Assembly (NCBI GenBank): GCA_963803435.1
Contig: CAWDML010000008.1
Coordinates: forward strand, 384,001 to 448,000
Direction of reading: 5' to 3'
DNA length: 64,000 nt
Source of the DNA: an uncultured delta proteobacterium
GTDB lineage: Bacteria > Myxococcota > Kuafuiibacteriia > Kuafuiibacteriales > Kuafuiibacteriaceae
Shown here one piece after another: positions 1-10,637 of the stretch; the stretch's first letter is position 1, and every line of letters starts with the position of its first letter. Under the pieces are notes generated by a model, which did not search any database, was not told the origin of the DNA, and was given only the letters and a program-made list of their open reading frames with translations. Made by a program: the position numbers and the translations under genes.

Positions 1-205
1 GTGGCCAACGCGAAGGGCGAGCGAATGTTCGCGGTGGCGCAGAGCTACATGCCGGCGCAGGACATCCACGTGCTCAAGAACCCAGCCGGATCCGGGCCCT
101 GGTATGCGGCGAAGCGAGCGGGCGAGCTGAAGACGCCGGAGTGGACGTTCGACTACGCAGATTCTCGAGCGCTTCGGACCGAGCGGATGTCCGTCCCTAC
201 GGTAG
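1..205 (+). CDS. C-terminal part of a DUF4846-like protein (5' truncated by the window edge; probable 1-nt frameshift at about 163)
   Basis: AQSYMPAQDIHVLKNP...PWY...LKTPEWTF motif. Removing one T from GATTC at 160-164 gives DYADLERFGPSGCPSLR* ending at 205. Confidence 0.6.
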
Positions 206-913
206 CTCTTCGAACAGCTTGTCGAAGACGTGCTTGTGCTTGGCGAAGCTGTCGATCATCAGACCGACGGTGCCTCCGCCGACGAACCCGACGTGCGCGC
301 TCACGGCCACCACCTCGGCCATCCCGGGGATCGTCACGCGGATCATCTTCTGTGTTCCGATGGGGAGAGGCGGCGAGCGCGCCATGAGGCCGCCCTTCAA
401 GATGTCGGTGGTGTACTGCGCCTTGAAGCTGGCCGGGCTGGCGAAGCTGAGCGTGCCGTCGTCCTCGAGCTCCGGGAGCTGAACCTCGATGCCGGTGTCC
501 TCGTTCGGGTCGACCGCCTGTTGGTTCATCTCGTCGGTCTCGACCTCGAAGACCGTGGCGACCTCGGAGCCCGTCGTGACGAGCAGCTCGGGCGCAGGCT
601 CGGTGGCGTCCGACCAGAGCTCGTCCGGTGCGACGGCATGGAGCACCTCGCCGCGCTCGATCCAGCGCTCGAGCTTGGCCGAGCCGTGGACGGGCGGGCG
701 GAAGGTCACGACGGCGCCGCGCGGATCGTCCTGCGCCAGATAGACGACCTCGCCGCGGAGCTCGACGCCGTCGACGGCGAGCGACACGTTCTCGCGGAAC
801 GCCAGCTTGCGGCCGGTGATGATGAAGACGCTCTGCTCGGTGAAGTTCGCGAGCTCGACGGCGAAGGAGACGCCGTTGTCGAGCTTGGCCTGCGCGACGA
901 TTCGATCCGCCAT
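197..913 (-). CDS. Tandem PilZ-like domain protein
   Basis: Two beta-barrel PilZ-like segments (ANFTEQSVFI...LRGEVVY; DILKGGLMARS...VSAHVGFV..GTVGL) with an acidic linker. Confidence 0.55.
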   Translation of the reverse strand: MADRIVAQAKLDNGVSFAVELANFTEQSVFIITGRKLAFRENVSLAVDGVELRGEVVYLAQDDPRGAVVTFRPPVHGSAKLERWIERGEVLHAVAPDELWSDATEPAPELLVTTGSEVATVFEVETDEMNQQAVDPNEDTGIEVQLPELEDDGTLSFASPASFKAQYTTDILKGGLMARSPPLPIGTQKMIRVTIPGMAEVVAVSAHVGFVGGGTVGLMIDSFAKHKHVFDKLFEELP

Positions 914-926
914 TGGGGGCTCGAAT

Positions 927-1907
927 CTAGCCGTCCTCGGGCGCCGGGATCCAGGGGAGGTTCCCGCTCATCTCGTCGGGATCCGGTAATCCCTCGATGT
1001 CTCGGGTCTCGAGCGCTTCGTCCAGGCCGACGCGCGTCACAGCGCTCTTGAACCAGCCGGCGAACTGGGTGTGCATGTCGTCGACGGACTTGCTCTTGTC
1101 GGCACCCAGTCGGGGCGCCAGAAACGAAGAGGGCGCGCGGCGGAAGCACTCGTCGAAGTCGAGGTCGCACTCCTCGAAGGCGGCCCGATACTCCTCCTGC
1201 TGGGTCAGCAACCACAGGTGGTCGTCGAGGAACCGAGTGTACTCGATCAGCTCTCTCTTCTCCTCCTCTTCGAGCTCGGCGATGCCGTTCTTCAGGTACT
1301 GGACGCCGAACGCCACGTGGTGGGCCTCGTCGCGCTCGATGCGCATCGTGACGTCGCGGAAGACGGGATCCTTCACGAACAGGAGGTGCTGGCGGAAGGA
1401 GAGGAGCGCGCGCGCCTCGAGGAAGAGCTGGAGGCCGAGCACCTGCTTGGGCCAGATCCGACAATCGAGGAGCTCGACCAGGGTCTGCTGGAGGACGTCG
1501 CCGCAGGGATAGATGGGGCCGATCCGCTGGACCAGATCGCGGACCGCGACGACGTGGCGTGCCTCGTCTCTGGCTTGGTTGGCGGCGAAGATCCGGGCGT
1601 CGAGGTCGCTCACGCTCGAGGTCAGCTGTCCGGCCAGCATGAGCGCGGCCTGCTCACCGTGGAGGATCTGCGAGAACTCGACGGCGACGAACTGGCGCGC
1701 CAGCTCCTCGGTCTTTCGCGGCGGCAGCGACATCACGTAGTCGTAGCGGAGGATGCCGTGCCACTCGAGCACCGCCTCGTACTCGCCGCCGCGGAGAGAG
1801 AGAGGACGGCTCCAGTCGATGTCCTCGGCGTTCCACTGCGATCGGTTGGAGAGGGCGATCAGCCGCTTCAGCGTTGGGATCGAGAGGTCGTAGTCGAAGC
1901 AGAGCAC
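927..1907 (-). CDS. Ferritin-like diiron protein (AurF-like/ferritin-like domain)
   Basis: HGEQAA, DEARH, LEARA and DEAHH carboxylate/His motifs. GTG at 1907 is preceded by TACACT. Confidence 0.75.
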   Translation of the reverse strand: MLCFDYDLSIPTLKRLIALSNRSQWNAEDIDWSRPLSLRGGEYEAVLEWHGILRYDYVMSLPPRKTEELARQFVAVEFSQILHGEQAALMLAGQLTSSVSDLDARIFAANQARDEARHVVAVRDLVQRIGPIYPCGDVLQQTLVELLDCRIWPKQVLGLQLFLEARALLSFRQHLLFVKDPVFRDVTMRIERDEAHHVAFGVQYLKNGIAELEEEEKRELIEYTRFLDDHLWLLTQQEEYRAAFEECDLDFDECFRRAPSSFLAPRLGADKSKSVDDMHTQFAGWFKSAVTRVGLDEALETRDIEGLPDPDEMSGNLPWIPAPEDG

Positions 1908-1933
1908 GAGGAGAAGTGTATCCCGGGACGCGC

Positions 1934-2293
1934 TCAGAAGAGCGGGTCGCCGTGGCTCCACTGCTCCACGATGCGATTGTTCGAGATCCGGTAGATCGAG
2001 GTGGAGCCGATGGTTCGGGCGATGCCCCCGGCGGTCCGGATCCGGATCAGCGCTCTCACCGCCACCTTGTCGGCCTCCGCCACCATGTCCTCCACCACCC
2101 ACTCGGCGGCAGGGTAGGCCGCCAGGAAGGACCCCAGGATCGTCTTGAGGCCGTCGAGATCCTCCCAGGCGCCGTGGGCCATGTAGCCGGCTCCAAAGAA
2201 GCGGTCGATCGCGGTCGGTCCGCCGGGAAAGCCGGTGTCGTGGAGTTGCTTGAGGAGCAGCTTGTTGTCGCGGGTCCCCACGCCGAGGGTCAT
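1934..2293 (-). CDS. SnoaL-like ester cyclase / NTF2-fold protein
   Basis: AAYPAAEWVVEDMVAEADKVAVR...IYRISNNRIVEQW pattern. Confidence 0.8.
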   Translation of the reverse strand: MTLGVGTRDNKLLLKQLHDTGFPGGPTAIDRFFGAGYMAHGAWEDLDGLKTILGSFLAAYPAAEWVVEDMVAEADKVAVRALIRIRTAGGIARTIGSTSIYRISNNRIVEQWSHGDPLF

Positions 2294-2300
2294 AGCACGA

Positions 2301-3794
2301 TCACCCGACACGGAGGGAGCCGTCCGACCCCAACTTTCCGGGGAGCTCGATCCCGTCCGCCAGCGCCATCAGCGCGTCGTACAGATCGGCGCGCTCGACC
2401 AGGAGGCGGCTGACGTGGACCTTGCGGCGGGCCTTGGTGAGACGGACGCGGATCGAGGCGAGCGTCTCCTGCGCCACGTGGAGGTAGCGGAGGGAAATCG
2501 CGCCGCCGATCACCGCCAGCAGCGCCAGCAGGACGCCCGCCAGGATCGGGCGATCGGGGATCGATCGGTAGGCGGCGTGGAGCTGCTCGTGGGCGAGCGC
2601 GCCCAGGATCCCCGCGGCGATCCAGGTGAGGGGGAAGAGCACGCCGCCGGCCAGCATCTTGATGGTGGCGACGTCCTTCTTCTTGTTGGCGCCCAGCTTG
2701 GAGAGCGCGAGCACGATCAACGCTGTGGGGCCGTTGACCACGTAGCCGACCAGGAGCAGCGGAGGGAGGAACAGGAACACCAGGAGGAACTGGAGCACCA
2801 GGATTGCACCCAGCCAGGCGGAGGCGAGCCGGGGATCGCGGTCGAGCTCGTGGTCCTCGATGCCGAGCGCGCGCATCTCGCCGTCGTACTCGCTGACGCG
2901 GGCTCGCAGCGCGGCGACCTCCTCCGGGTGCGTGGTGAGGCGCTGGTAGTAGGCGTGTCGGATGCGCGCGAAGCCGACCGTCTTGTCAGCGACCTTCGGC
3001 TTGATCGACGGCGCGCCGGCGCGCCGGGCGCGCTCCGCGCGGATCAGCTTTCGACCCCGGTGGAGCACCTCGTGGAGCTTCCAATCGTCGGTGGCATGCA
3101 CGACGCCGGTGAGCACGCGCTCGATCTCATCGGTCAGCGCCTTGGCCCGCGCCTTCGCGGGTTCCACGGCTTCATCGGGCGCCGGCGTGACGTCGAGCTC
3201 GGGCGGGAGCTCGAGCGGAGGGTGGAACCAGACCAGCGCCCGGGAGCGGAAGACCTTCTTGGCGTCGTAGTGGAGACCGACCGGGACGATCACCGGCGGC
3301 GGACCGGCGCTCTTCTGGGTCCGCGCCGAGTAGTAGAGGCGTGCGGCGCCAGTCTTCAGCTCGGCGAGGTGCGGCAGATCGTGGCTGATGCCCTCGGGGA
3401 ACAGCGCCGAGAAGGATCCGTGCGCGACTCGGACCGCCAGCGCGTCGAGGCTCTTCGCGTTGTCCTGGGTCCGATCTTTCCCGCGGAGGTCCTGCTTCCG
3501 GTAGATCGGGACGGTTCCGAGCCCGCGCAGGAGCGAGCCGAGCAGCGGCCAGAAGAACAGTCCGTGACGCGCGCCGAAGACGACCATCTGGGGGAAGGTG
3601 GTGAGGATGAGCCCGGGGTCGACCAGCCCGTTCGGATGCCACGACACCAGGACACCGCCCCGGACGAGCGGCACATTCTCGACGCCGGCGACGTGGACCT
3701 CGCGAAAAAAGCAGCGGACGAGGAGGCGCAGGAGCGCCTGCAGGATCGCATACAGGTGCGGCGCACGCGGCGAGGGTGTCGCTGGGAGCCCCAT
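2301..3794 (-). CDS. Lysophospholipid/glycerol-3-phosphate acyltransferase with C-terminal TM helices
   Basis: HPNGLVD (HxxxxD), FPEGISH, LKTGAAR and PVGLHY acyltransferase motifs. Confidence 0.85.
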   Translation of the reverse strand: MGLPATPSPRAPHLYAILQALLRLLVRCFFREVHVAGVENVPLVRGGVLVSWHPNGLVDPGLILTTFPQMVVFGARHGLFFWPLLGSLLRGLGTVPIYRKQDLRGKDRTQDNAKSLDALAVRVAHGSFSALFPEGISHDLPHLAELKTGAARLYYSARTQKSAGPPPVIVPVGLHYDAKKVFRSRALVWFHPPLELPPELDVTPAPDEAVEPAKARAKALTDEIERVLTGVVHATDDWKLHEVLHRGRKLIRAERARRAGAPSIKPKVADKTVGFARIRHAYYQRLTTHPEEVAALRARVSEYDGEMRALGIEDHELDRDPRLASAWLGAILVLQFLLVFLFLPPLLLVGYVVNGPTALIVLALSKLGANKKKDVATIKMLAGGVLFPLTWIAAGILGALAHEQLHAAYRSIPDRPILAGVLLALLAVIGGAISLRYLHVAQETLASIRVRLTKARRKVHVSRLLVERADLYDALMALADGIELPGKLGSDGSLRVG

Positions 3795-3860
3795 CTCCTG
3801 CCGGCCCGAATCGTATCACCGACCCTTTCGACGGTATGAGGCCCGTACTACGCTCTCCAC

Positions 3861-6227
3861 GTGCGCCGGATCGCTCTGCTGATCGCGGCAGGCGGGGTTG
3901 CCGGTTGCCTCGGCGCCAGCCCGCTGCCGCTTCCGCCGGGGGCCGAGAGCGCCCGGTCGGGCGTGCTCCTCCTGGGGCTCGAAGACGGTCCCGAGGTCCT
4001 CGCGTTCGATCTGGGGGCGCCCGTCACGCCCTTCACGACGCGCGACACGCCGGTCTATCTGTTCCTCTATCCGCTGGAGCTGTCGGCGCTCGGGATCGCG
4101 CCGGGCCGGCTGGAGAAGCTCGGCGACGCGGTCGACGGTCGACCGCTGCCCGACGGCGCGATCTTCGCGGCCCAGCTCCCCGAGGCTCGTTGGTCGCCGA
4201 CCGATCGGGCGGCCCTCCCGGACGCGATCTCGGGCTTTCGCGTGCCCGACCTCGCGATCGGAGACTGTGAGGCAAGCGGAGGATGTTTCCGCATCGCCGC
4301 CGGCGACGAGTACTGCCAGCTCCCTTGCGTCGAGCCCACGGCCGCGAACCCTGCGCCCCCTGCGCCGGTGGCGCCGCCGATGCCGCCCGAGCTCACGCCG
4401 TGCCGAGCCGGGTGGACGGTCCTCGGCCCTGCGCCCGATCGTCCCGAGGCGCTGTGCGCGCCGCCGTCGCAGGTGGCGTGCCGATCGCAGGGCGCGGTCC
4501 GGTATCTGGGCGACGACGGCTGCTCGATCGCAGGCGGTGCCTGTCCCGCCGGCGAGTTTCCCGAGGACCTGCCCGCCGGTCCGATCCTCTACGTGCGCGC
4601 GGGTGCGGCCGGAGGAGACGGAAGCCCGGCGCTGCCGTTCGGATCGATCCAGCAGGCGATCGGGGCGGGCGGCGACGGCGCGGTCATCGCGATCGGCAAG
4701 GGCCGCTTCGCCGAGTCGCTGTCGATCGATCGGGACGTCTCTCTGATCGGGGCCTGCGCGGAGACCATCGTGGCGTCGACGATCGAGGTGAGCGCGCGCG
4801 TGAGCCTCGGCTCGCTGTCGGTGACGCCCGGACCGACCCGCGCCGCCGTCCGGATCGACGAGGGCGGCGTGGTCGCGGTCGCCGACGTGGTGGTCTCGAC
4901 CGCGGCGGTCGGCTTCGACGTGCGCGGGCGGCTCGAGGGCGGCCCGCTGGTGGTGAGCGCGGCGCGCGGGATCGAGGTCACCGGCGAGTCCGTGCTGGAT
5001 CGGGCCCTGGTGAGCGGCGGTTCCGTTTCGGGCGTCGCGGTCCGCGCCGCGGGCATGGGGACGTTCTCCAACCTCCTGGTCTCGAGCTCGAGCGCGGCGG
5101 TGATCGGCGACGGCGACTCGATGGTGACCCTCGAAGGCGCCGACCTGGCCTCCAACCGGATCGGCCTGCTCGCCGAGGGGCGCGCGACCATCGAGGCGAA
5201 CGACTCCGCGGTCGTGGCTTCGAGCAACAACGGGATCATGGTCAGGGGCCAGGCGCAGCTGAACGGACATCGGCTCTACGCCCGCGACAACTGGCAGAGC
5301 TTCTACGCCGAGGGCGGCACGACGGTGATCGAGCACGCGTACCTGGAACGGCCCACCGTCGGCAGCAACGTCCTCTCGGACGGATCGGCCGTGGTGACGC
5401 TCCGCCGGGCGGTGCTGGCCGGCTCGAGGAAGTTCGGCCTCCACGCCTTCGCCGGCAAGGTGACGCTCGAGCAGGTGCAGATCCGCGACAACGAGACGAA
5501 CGCGGCCAACAGCTACGGCGAGGGGATCGTGGTCGACGGCCCGGTGGTGCTGGAGGCGAGGAAGCTTTCGATCGAGCGGGTGGTCAGCTTCGGGATCAGG
5601 GTGCTCTCGACGGACGAGAAGGCGGAGCTCCGCCTCGACGATCTCACGATCCGGGACGTCCGCGGTGGCTACGGGATCGAAGTGGGCCGATCGTACGCGC
5701 CCGCCGTGCACTCCACGCTGACGATCCATGGCCTCTTGGCCGAGCGGACCGACAACTTCGCGGTCCGCATCGTGAGCGGGGAGGCCAACGAGATCACCGA
5801 CGCGACCCTGCGCGGTCTCCCCGCCGGCGGGATGTCGACGATCGGCGGGGTCCTCAATCTGACGCGGGCCGAGCTGACCGGGATCGCGGGCCCCAGCCTG
5901 AGCGTGACCTCGGGAGAGATGGTGCTGGCGGATCTCACCGTCACGGATCCGGAGAATGGTCTGGTCACGGAGGGCTACCTGGCGACGGACGTCTCCGCGA
6001 TCGACTCGGCGATGAACGTGAACCGCTTCGTCATCACCGGCGCCTCCGGGGCCGGGATCCTGATCCGCCAGTTCTCACGCATGAAGCTGGGCGCCGGGCG
6101 GATCGTCGACAACCAGGTGGGCGTGGAGGTACGGGCCGACGGTTTCCTCTATTCGAACCTGGAGGGCGACGTGATCTACCGCGGCAACGTCGAGCACAAC
6201 CTGGTCACGCTCGGGCTGGGCAATTGA
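3861..6227 (+). CDS. Lipoprotein with parallel beta-helix repeats
   Basis: Lipobox VAGC, Pro/Cys-rich linker, YVRAGAAGGDGSPALPFGSIQQAI then beta-helix-like repeats. Confidence 0.7.
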   Translation: MRRIALLIAAGGVAGCLGASPLPLPPGAESARSGVLLLGLEDGPEVLAFDLGAPVTPFTTRDTPVYLFLYPLELSALGIAPGRLEKLGDAVDGRPLPDGAIFAAQLPEARWSPTDRAALPDAISGFRVPDLAIGDCEASGGCFRIAAGDEYCQLPCVEPTAANPAPPAPVAPPMPPELTPCRAGWTVLGPAPDRPEALCAPPSQVACRSQGAVRYLGDDGCSIAGGACPAGEFPEDLPAGPILYVRAGAAGGDGSPALPFGSIQQAIGAGGDGAVIAIGKGRFAESLSIDRDVSLIGACAETIVASTIEVSARVSLGSLSVTPGPTRAAVRIDEGGVVAVADVVVSTAAVGFDVRGRLEGGPLVVSAARGIEVTGESVLDRALVSGGSVSGVAVRAAGMGTFSNLLVSSSSAAVIGDGDSMVTLEGADLASNRIGLLAEGRATIEANDSAVVASSNNGIMVRGQAQLNGHRLYARDNWQSFYAEGGTTVIEHAYLERPTVGSNVLSDGSAVVTLRRAVLAGSRKFGLHAFAGKVTLEQVQIRDNETNAANSYGEGIVVDGPVVLEARKLSIERVVSFGIRVLSTDEKAELRLDDLTIRDVRGGYGIEVGRSYAPAVHSTLTIHGLLAERTDNFAVRIVSGEANEITDATLRGLPAGGMSTIGGVLNLTRAELTGIAGPSLSVTSGEMVLADLTVTDPENGLVTEGYLATDVSAIDSAMNVNRFVITGASGAGILIRQFSRMKLGAGRIVDNQVGVEVRADGFLYSNLEGDVIYRGNVEHNLVTLGLGN

Positions 6228-6228
6228 G

Positions 6229-7542
6229 TCATGCCGAGCGGACGTTCGGGTTGGGGAAGCGCCACAGCTCGTCACCATGGCGGTAGGCGACCCGGAACGC
6301 GTCGAGGATCGCCGGCCATCGATCGGGGAACCTGGACCAGTCGTACCCGCCCGCGCGCGCCGTGAGCGGGTTGAGGTCGCGGAACGGCTGGCGCTTGGCG
6401 AAGGAAGAGAACTTCCAGGTGAAGTCGTTGAACGGTACCTGGACCAGGGGCGTCAGCGCCGCGAGCACCCGGCCGCGATCGAGCTCGCCGATCCGACTCT
6501 CCGTGAACGCGGGTTGGACGGTCTCGAACTGCTCGCGCCACGCGACCAGGTTGTTGGCGAACGATACGATCGCGTTCTTGCGATCGAGATCGCGCGTCTG
6601 TCCGGCCAGCGTGTAGAGCGCGAAGGCGGCCCGCACCAGGTCGTTGCCGGCACCCGGCGCGGCCATCCCCGAGAAGTCGGTGGGAGGAGCGCGATCGAAC
6701 GCGTGCTCGAGCGCGCGCTCGTAGATGCGGCGGCTGCCCGCAGCGGAAGACTCGGGGAGGCGCAGGCTGGTGAGGACGGTCTCGGGCTCGAGCGGACCGC
6801 GCCGCTCGTTCAGCCGCAGGAACGCGGTGGCCGAGCCGCCGATGTCGGCGAAGATCGCGCGGTTGCCCTCCGCCAGCAGCGACTCGTAGGTTCGGCAGAG
6901 GCGCTCCAGGTTGTCGAGGATCTGCTCGCGCTCGCGCCCGTCGAAGACGGCCCGCAGCACGTCGAAGGCCTGCGAGATGAGGCCGCCGCCCGGCTGGAGC
7001 AGCGCGTGGAGGCGGTACGCGACCGCGATGGCGAGACGCGGGTCGGCGAGGCCGCGCGTCGAGGTCGCGCGATCGGTCGCCAGCAGAATGGAGATGAAGG
7101 AGGCGATCGCGGTGGCGGCCGCCGCCCCTGCCGGGAGCTCGAGCGACCCCGCGATCGCGACGGCCAGCTGGCGGCTGTGTCCGCGCAGGCCCAGCTCGTC
7201 GAAGACCTGGTCGCGCGAGGTCGGATGGGGTCGCGATCGGAGCAGCTCGAGCGCATGAAGTGTCTGGTGTGCCGCCATCATGGAGCGGCCCACCTGCGGA
7301 GACGCATATGCACCCACGGCGAACCAGTTGGGCACGACGCCCATCCCCGGCCCGATCACCGCCTGGATTCCGCGTGCGATCCGCTGGTAGGCGGCGTTGA
7401 ACGCCTCGTTGCGCTCGATGGGGTCGCGGTGGGCGGCGATGATCGCGCGGACGTTCGGGATCGGGTCGTGGCGCGCGAGCGTAGGCGGAGAAGGCGGCAG
7501 GTCTGCCACGAGGGGCAGATCGCGACGACGGACGCTCACCAT
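6229..7542 (-). CDS. Hypothetical protein
   Basis: Long ORF with typical codon usage (PNWFAVGAYAS; NNLVAWREQ...VQP). Start uncertain. Confidence 0.55.
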   Translation of the reverse strand: MVSVRRRDLPLVADLPPSPPTLARHDPIPNVRAIIAAHRDPIERNEAFNAAYQRIARGIQAVIGPGMGVVPNWFAVGAYASPQVGRSMMAAHQTLHALELLRSRPHPTSRDQVFDELGLRGHSRQLAVAIAGSLELPAGAAAATAIASFISILLATDRATSTRGLADPRLAIAVAYRLHALLQPGGGLISQAFDVLRAVFDGREREQILDNLERLCRTYESLLAEGNRAIFADIGGSATAFLRLNERRGPLEPETVLTSLRLPESSAAGSRRIYERALEHAFDRAPPTDFSGMAAPGAGNDLVRAAFALYTLAGQTRDLDRKNAIVSFANNLVAWREQFETVQPAFTESRIGELDRGRVLAALTPLVQVPFNDFTWKFSSFAKRQPFRDLNPLTARAGGYDWSRFPDRWPAILDAFRVAYRHGDELWRFPNPNVRSA

Positions 7543-7682
7543 CGTCTTCCCGTTATCGTCCCGGGCGCCCCTACGTTCCGTGCTCCTGGCAGGACCATCG
7601 ACCGATGTGCCTGGGAGGTCGCAGTCGATGGACTCGGCTCTCACATTGCGAGGGAGAGGACGGATCGCTAGCGTGATCTTCG

Positions 7683-8612
7683 GTGAGAGCGGCCGCCCCG
7701 TCCCTGCTGATCTCGGTCGTATCCCTGGCCGGGTGCGGTCTGATCAAGGATCCCGTCGACCAGGTCACCAACGCTGCGTTCACGGCGCCCTCCTCCGTCA
7801 AGAGGAACCAGATGGTCGAGCTGGTCGCGATGTACCGGCGCGGATCGAACGGGCAGCTCCTCGGCTATCGCTGGACGATGGACGAGCAGCCGAGCGGGAG
7901 CCACGCCGCCCTCGAGGACGTCGACGCCCAGTCGGCGCGGTTCCTGCCGGATCGGCTCGGCCCGTACCTGATCACGCTGGTCGTGGACGACGGGAACAAC
8001 CGGAGCGCTCCCGTGACCCAGATGGTCGAGGCCAAGAATGCTCCCCCGGTGGCGCTGGTGGCGGACGTTCCGCACGCGGTCGAGCTGGGGAGCGTCATCA
8101 CGCTGGACGGCTCCGGAAGCACCGACTGCGACGGCGATGCGCTCGCGTATCGCTGGTACTTCGACCACGTCCCCGAGGGCAGCAACGCCGAGCTCTCCGA
8201 TCCGACCGTCGTCAACCCGACGTTCGTCCCCGACGTCGCCGGCCTGTACGCGCCGCGCCTGGTGGCGTTCGACGGTCTCGACGAGAGCGAGCCCCACGGC
8301 GTGTTCATCTGGGCCGGAACCGATCAACCTCCGGTGGCCATCGCGCCGCTCGACTTCACCATGGACGTGGGAGAGACCGCGACGCTCGACGGGACCGACA
8401 GCTACGACCCTGATCCGAACGACGCCCTCGCCACTTACGCGTGGCGTCTGATCGAGCAGCCGTCGACGAGCGGGGCGACGCTGGGCGCGGCCGATCAGAG
8501 GAGCGCGGAGCTCACGCCCGACGTGGCGGGCGCGTACGTGATCGAGCTGGTGGTGAAGGACGAGCTCGGCGTGGAGAGCGCGCCGGACCAAGTCGTGATC
8601 ACGGCGCGCTGA
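7683..8612 (+). CDS. PKD/Ig-like repeat lipoprotein
   Basis: Lipobox LAGC and three repeats of LDGSGSTDxDGDxLxYxW...PTFVPDVAGxY. Confidence 0.8.
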   Translation: MRAAAPSLLISVVSLAGCGLIKDPVDQVTNAAFTAPSSVKRNQMVELVAMYRRGSNGQLLGYRWTMDEQPSGSHAALEDVDAQSARFLPDRLGPYLITLVVDDGNNRSAPVTQMVEAKNAPPVALVADVPHAVELGSVITLDGSGSTDCDGDALAYRWYFDHVPEGSNAELSDPTVVNPTFVPDVAGLYAPRLVAFDGLDESEPHGVFIWAGTDQPPVAIAPLDFTMDVGETATLDGTDSYDPDPNDALATYAWRLIEQPSTSGATLGAADQRSAELTPDVAGAYVIELVVKDELGVESAPDQVVITAR

Positions 8613-8625
8613 TCCGAGCGAGACG

Positions 8626-10573
8626 TTACCGGCAGGATCCCGAGCCGCGGTGGAAGCGGCAACGGTTGGAGCAGCAGTCCGCGTTGGAGCTGCAGGTGCC
8701 GCCGCGCGGCGCGCAGGTGCCTCCGCTGCAGGTGCCGTTGGCCGGGTTGCACGTCTGGCCGGGCGCACAGCTCACGGGCGTCCCCGGCTGGCACGCGCCG
8801 CCGGCGCAGGTCTCGCTCCCGTTGCAGAGGTCACCGTCGGCGCAGTCGGCGTTCGATGAGCAGCCGCCGCCTCCGACGATTCCGATCGCGGCGGCGGCCT
8901 GGACCAGGCCGAAGCCGTAGTAGCTGTCCCGCCCGTTGCTCCCCAGGTCGTGCGCGGAGCTGTCGAGGGCGCTGCGGATGTCCGCGTTGCTCAGCCCCGG
9001 GGCCGCGCTCCAGACCAGGGCGGCCACGGCCGACACGTGCGGGGTGGCCATCGAGGTGCCGTCCCAGGCCTCGTAGCCACTGGCCGGCACGGTGAACGTG
9101 CTGCTCACGTTGCCGGTCTGACCGATGCGGTTGGCCACCAGGAACTGTCCGTCCGCCTGGCTGAGGCTGAGGCCGATGATCGTGGAGGAGAAGCCGTCAC
9201 CGAGGGTGCCGATGAAGTTGCCGGCCGCGTTGTTGTAGATGACCGCCGCCGAGCCGCCGCCCAGCTGGACGTTGTGCACCTTGTCGTAGAACGAGATCGC
9301 GCCGCGTTCGCAGAGGACCACGCGACCGTTCCAGCTCCCGACGCTGTCGCAGAGCCCGCCGTTGGCAAGCGTGCCGCTGGCCGAGCCGCGCGCCGCGTTC
9401 TCGATGTGGTTGGCCTGATACGCGGTCCCGCTCACGCTGAGCGAAGATTGATCGAGGTACGGGACGGTGCTCAGCACGCCGACGCCGGGCGCCGCCAGCT
9501 CCACCTGGCTGTTGTGCTGCGAGAAGCTGGCGACCACGTTGTTCGAGTCGACCGCGGCCACCGAGATCACCGAGCTATACGACGCAGGATAGCTCTGCGC
9601 GGTGGTGCCGTCGTTGCCGGCGGCCGCGACGCTGAGGATCCCGGCCGCGTAGAGGTTGTCGAACGCGCGCTGCTCGGTGTTGCTGCGTCCCCCACCCAGG
9701 CTCATGCTGATGATGCGGACGCCGGGCTGGGCCGCGCAACGGTTGGCCGCGAATGCCAGGTCAGAGCTGTACACCCAGGTGCAATCGTCGCCGAAGACCT
9801 TGACCATGTAGAGGTTGATCGCGCCGGGCGTCACGCCGACCACGCCGACGTTGTTGTTGGCCGCCGCGAGCGTGCCGCTGACGTGCGTGCCGTGGCCGCA
9901 GCGATCGGTGTCCCAACCGCTCGGCTCACCGCCGATGATGTGCAGCCCCTGGAAGTCCTGGTGCGCGGTATAGATGCCCGAGTCGATGACGCAGACGCCG
10001 ATCCCTGCGCCCGTGGGGGCACCCGTGTCGACGGTCCCGTCGCGGTTTCGGTCCCAGACGTCGCGCGCCTGGACCGCGTCCACGCCGTAGGGGACGGTCT
10101 GGGCCAGCGGGAAGCGGAGCTGGTCGAGCTCGACGAGCTTCACGCCCGGGTGCTCCTCGAGCGCGTCGATCGCCACGGAGGGGAGCGTCACGGCGACCGC
10201 ATCGAGCTCGGGGAAGCTGTGGTGTAGCACGGCGTGGTCGGCGTTGAGCGCCTCCATGACGTCGGCGCGCTGCGCCGGATCGTAGACGATCCAGACGCGG
10301 ACCGGCTCGCTGCTCGGGGCGTCGGGATCGAAGACCACGAGGCGATGATCGTCGTTCGAATCTCCGGACCTGGATCTAATCCGCGATCCCTGGATGGTTC
10401 TCCTCGGCGACCTGGACGACCCGATGGTCCGCGGTCCCATAGGAGTGGGCCGAGATGAATCCTTCGTCCTGCACCTCGGCGTCCGGAGACGTCGTACAGG
10501 CCGCGGTCGCCAGGGCGAGCGAGGCGAGCAAGAGGGGTTGACACTTCCTGTTGAAAGACTGGGCCATGGGCAT
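8626..10573 (-). CDS. S8 subtilisin-like serine protease (lipoprotein, I9 propeptide, PA domain, Cys-rich tail); apparent stop plus frameshift at 10358-10378
   Basis: Catalytic IDSG, HGTHVSG, AAGN and GTSMATPHV. The N-terminal lipobox TAAC lies in ORF 10376..10573. Confidence 0.85.
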
Positions 10574-10637
10574 GTTCCATCGCAGAATTTTTGCGCGAGG
10601 AGGAGCGACACCTGTCGGATCGGATACTTCGCCGTAT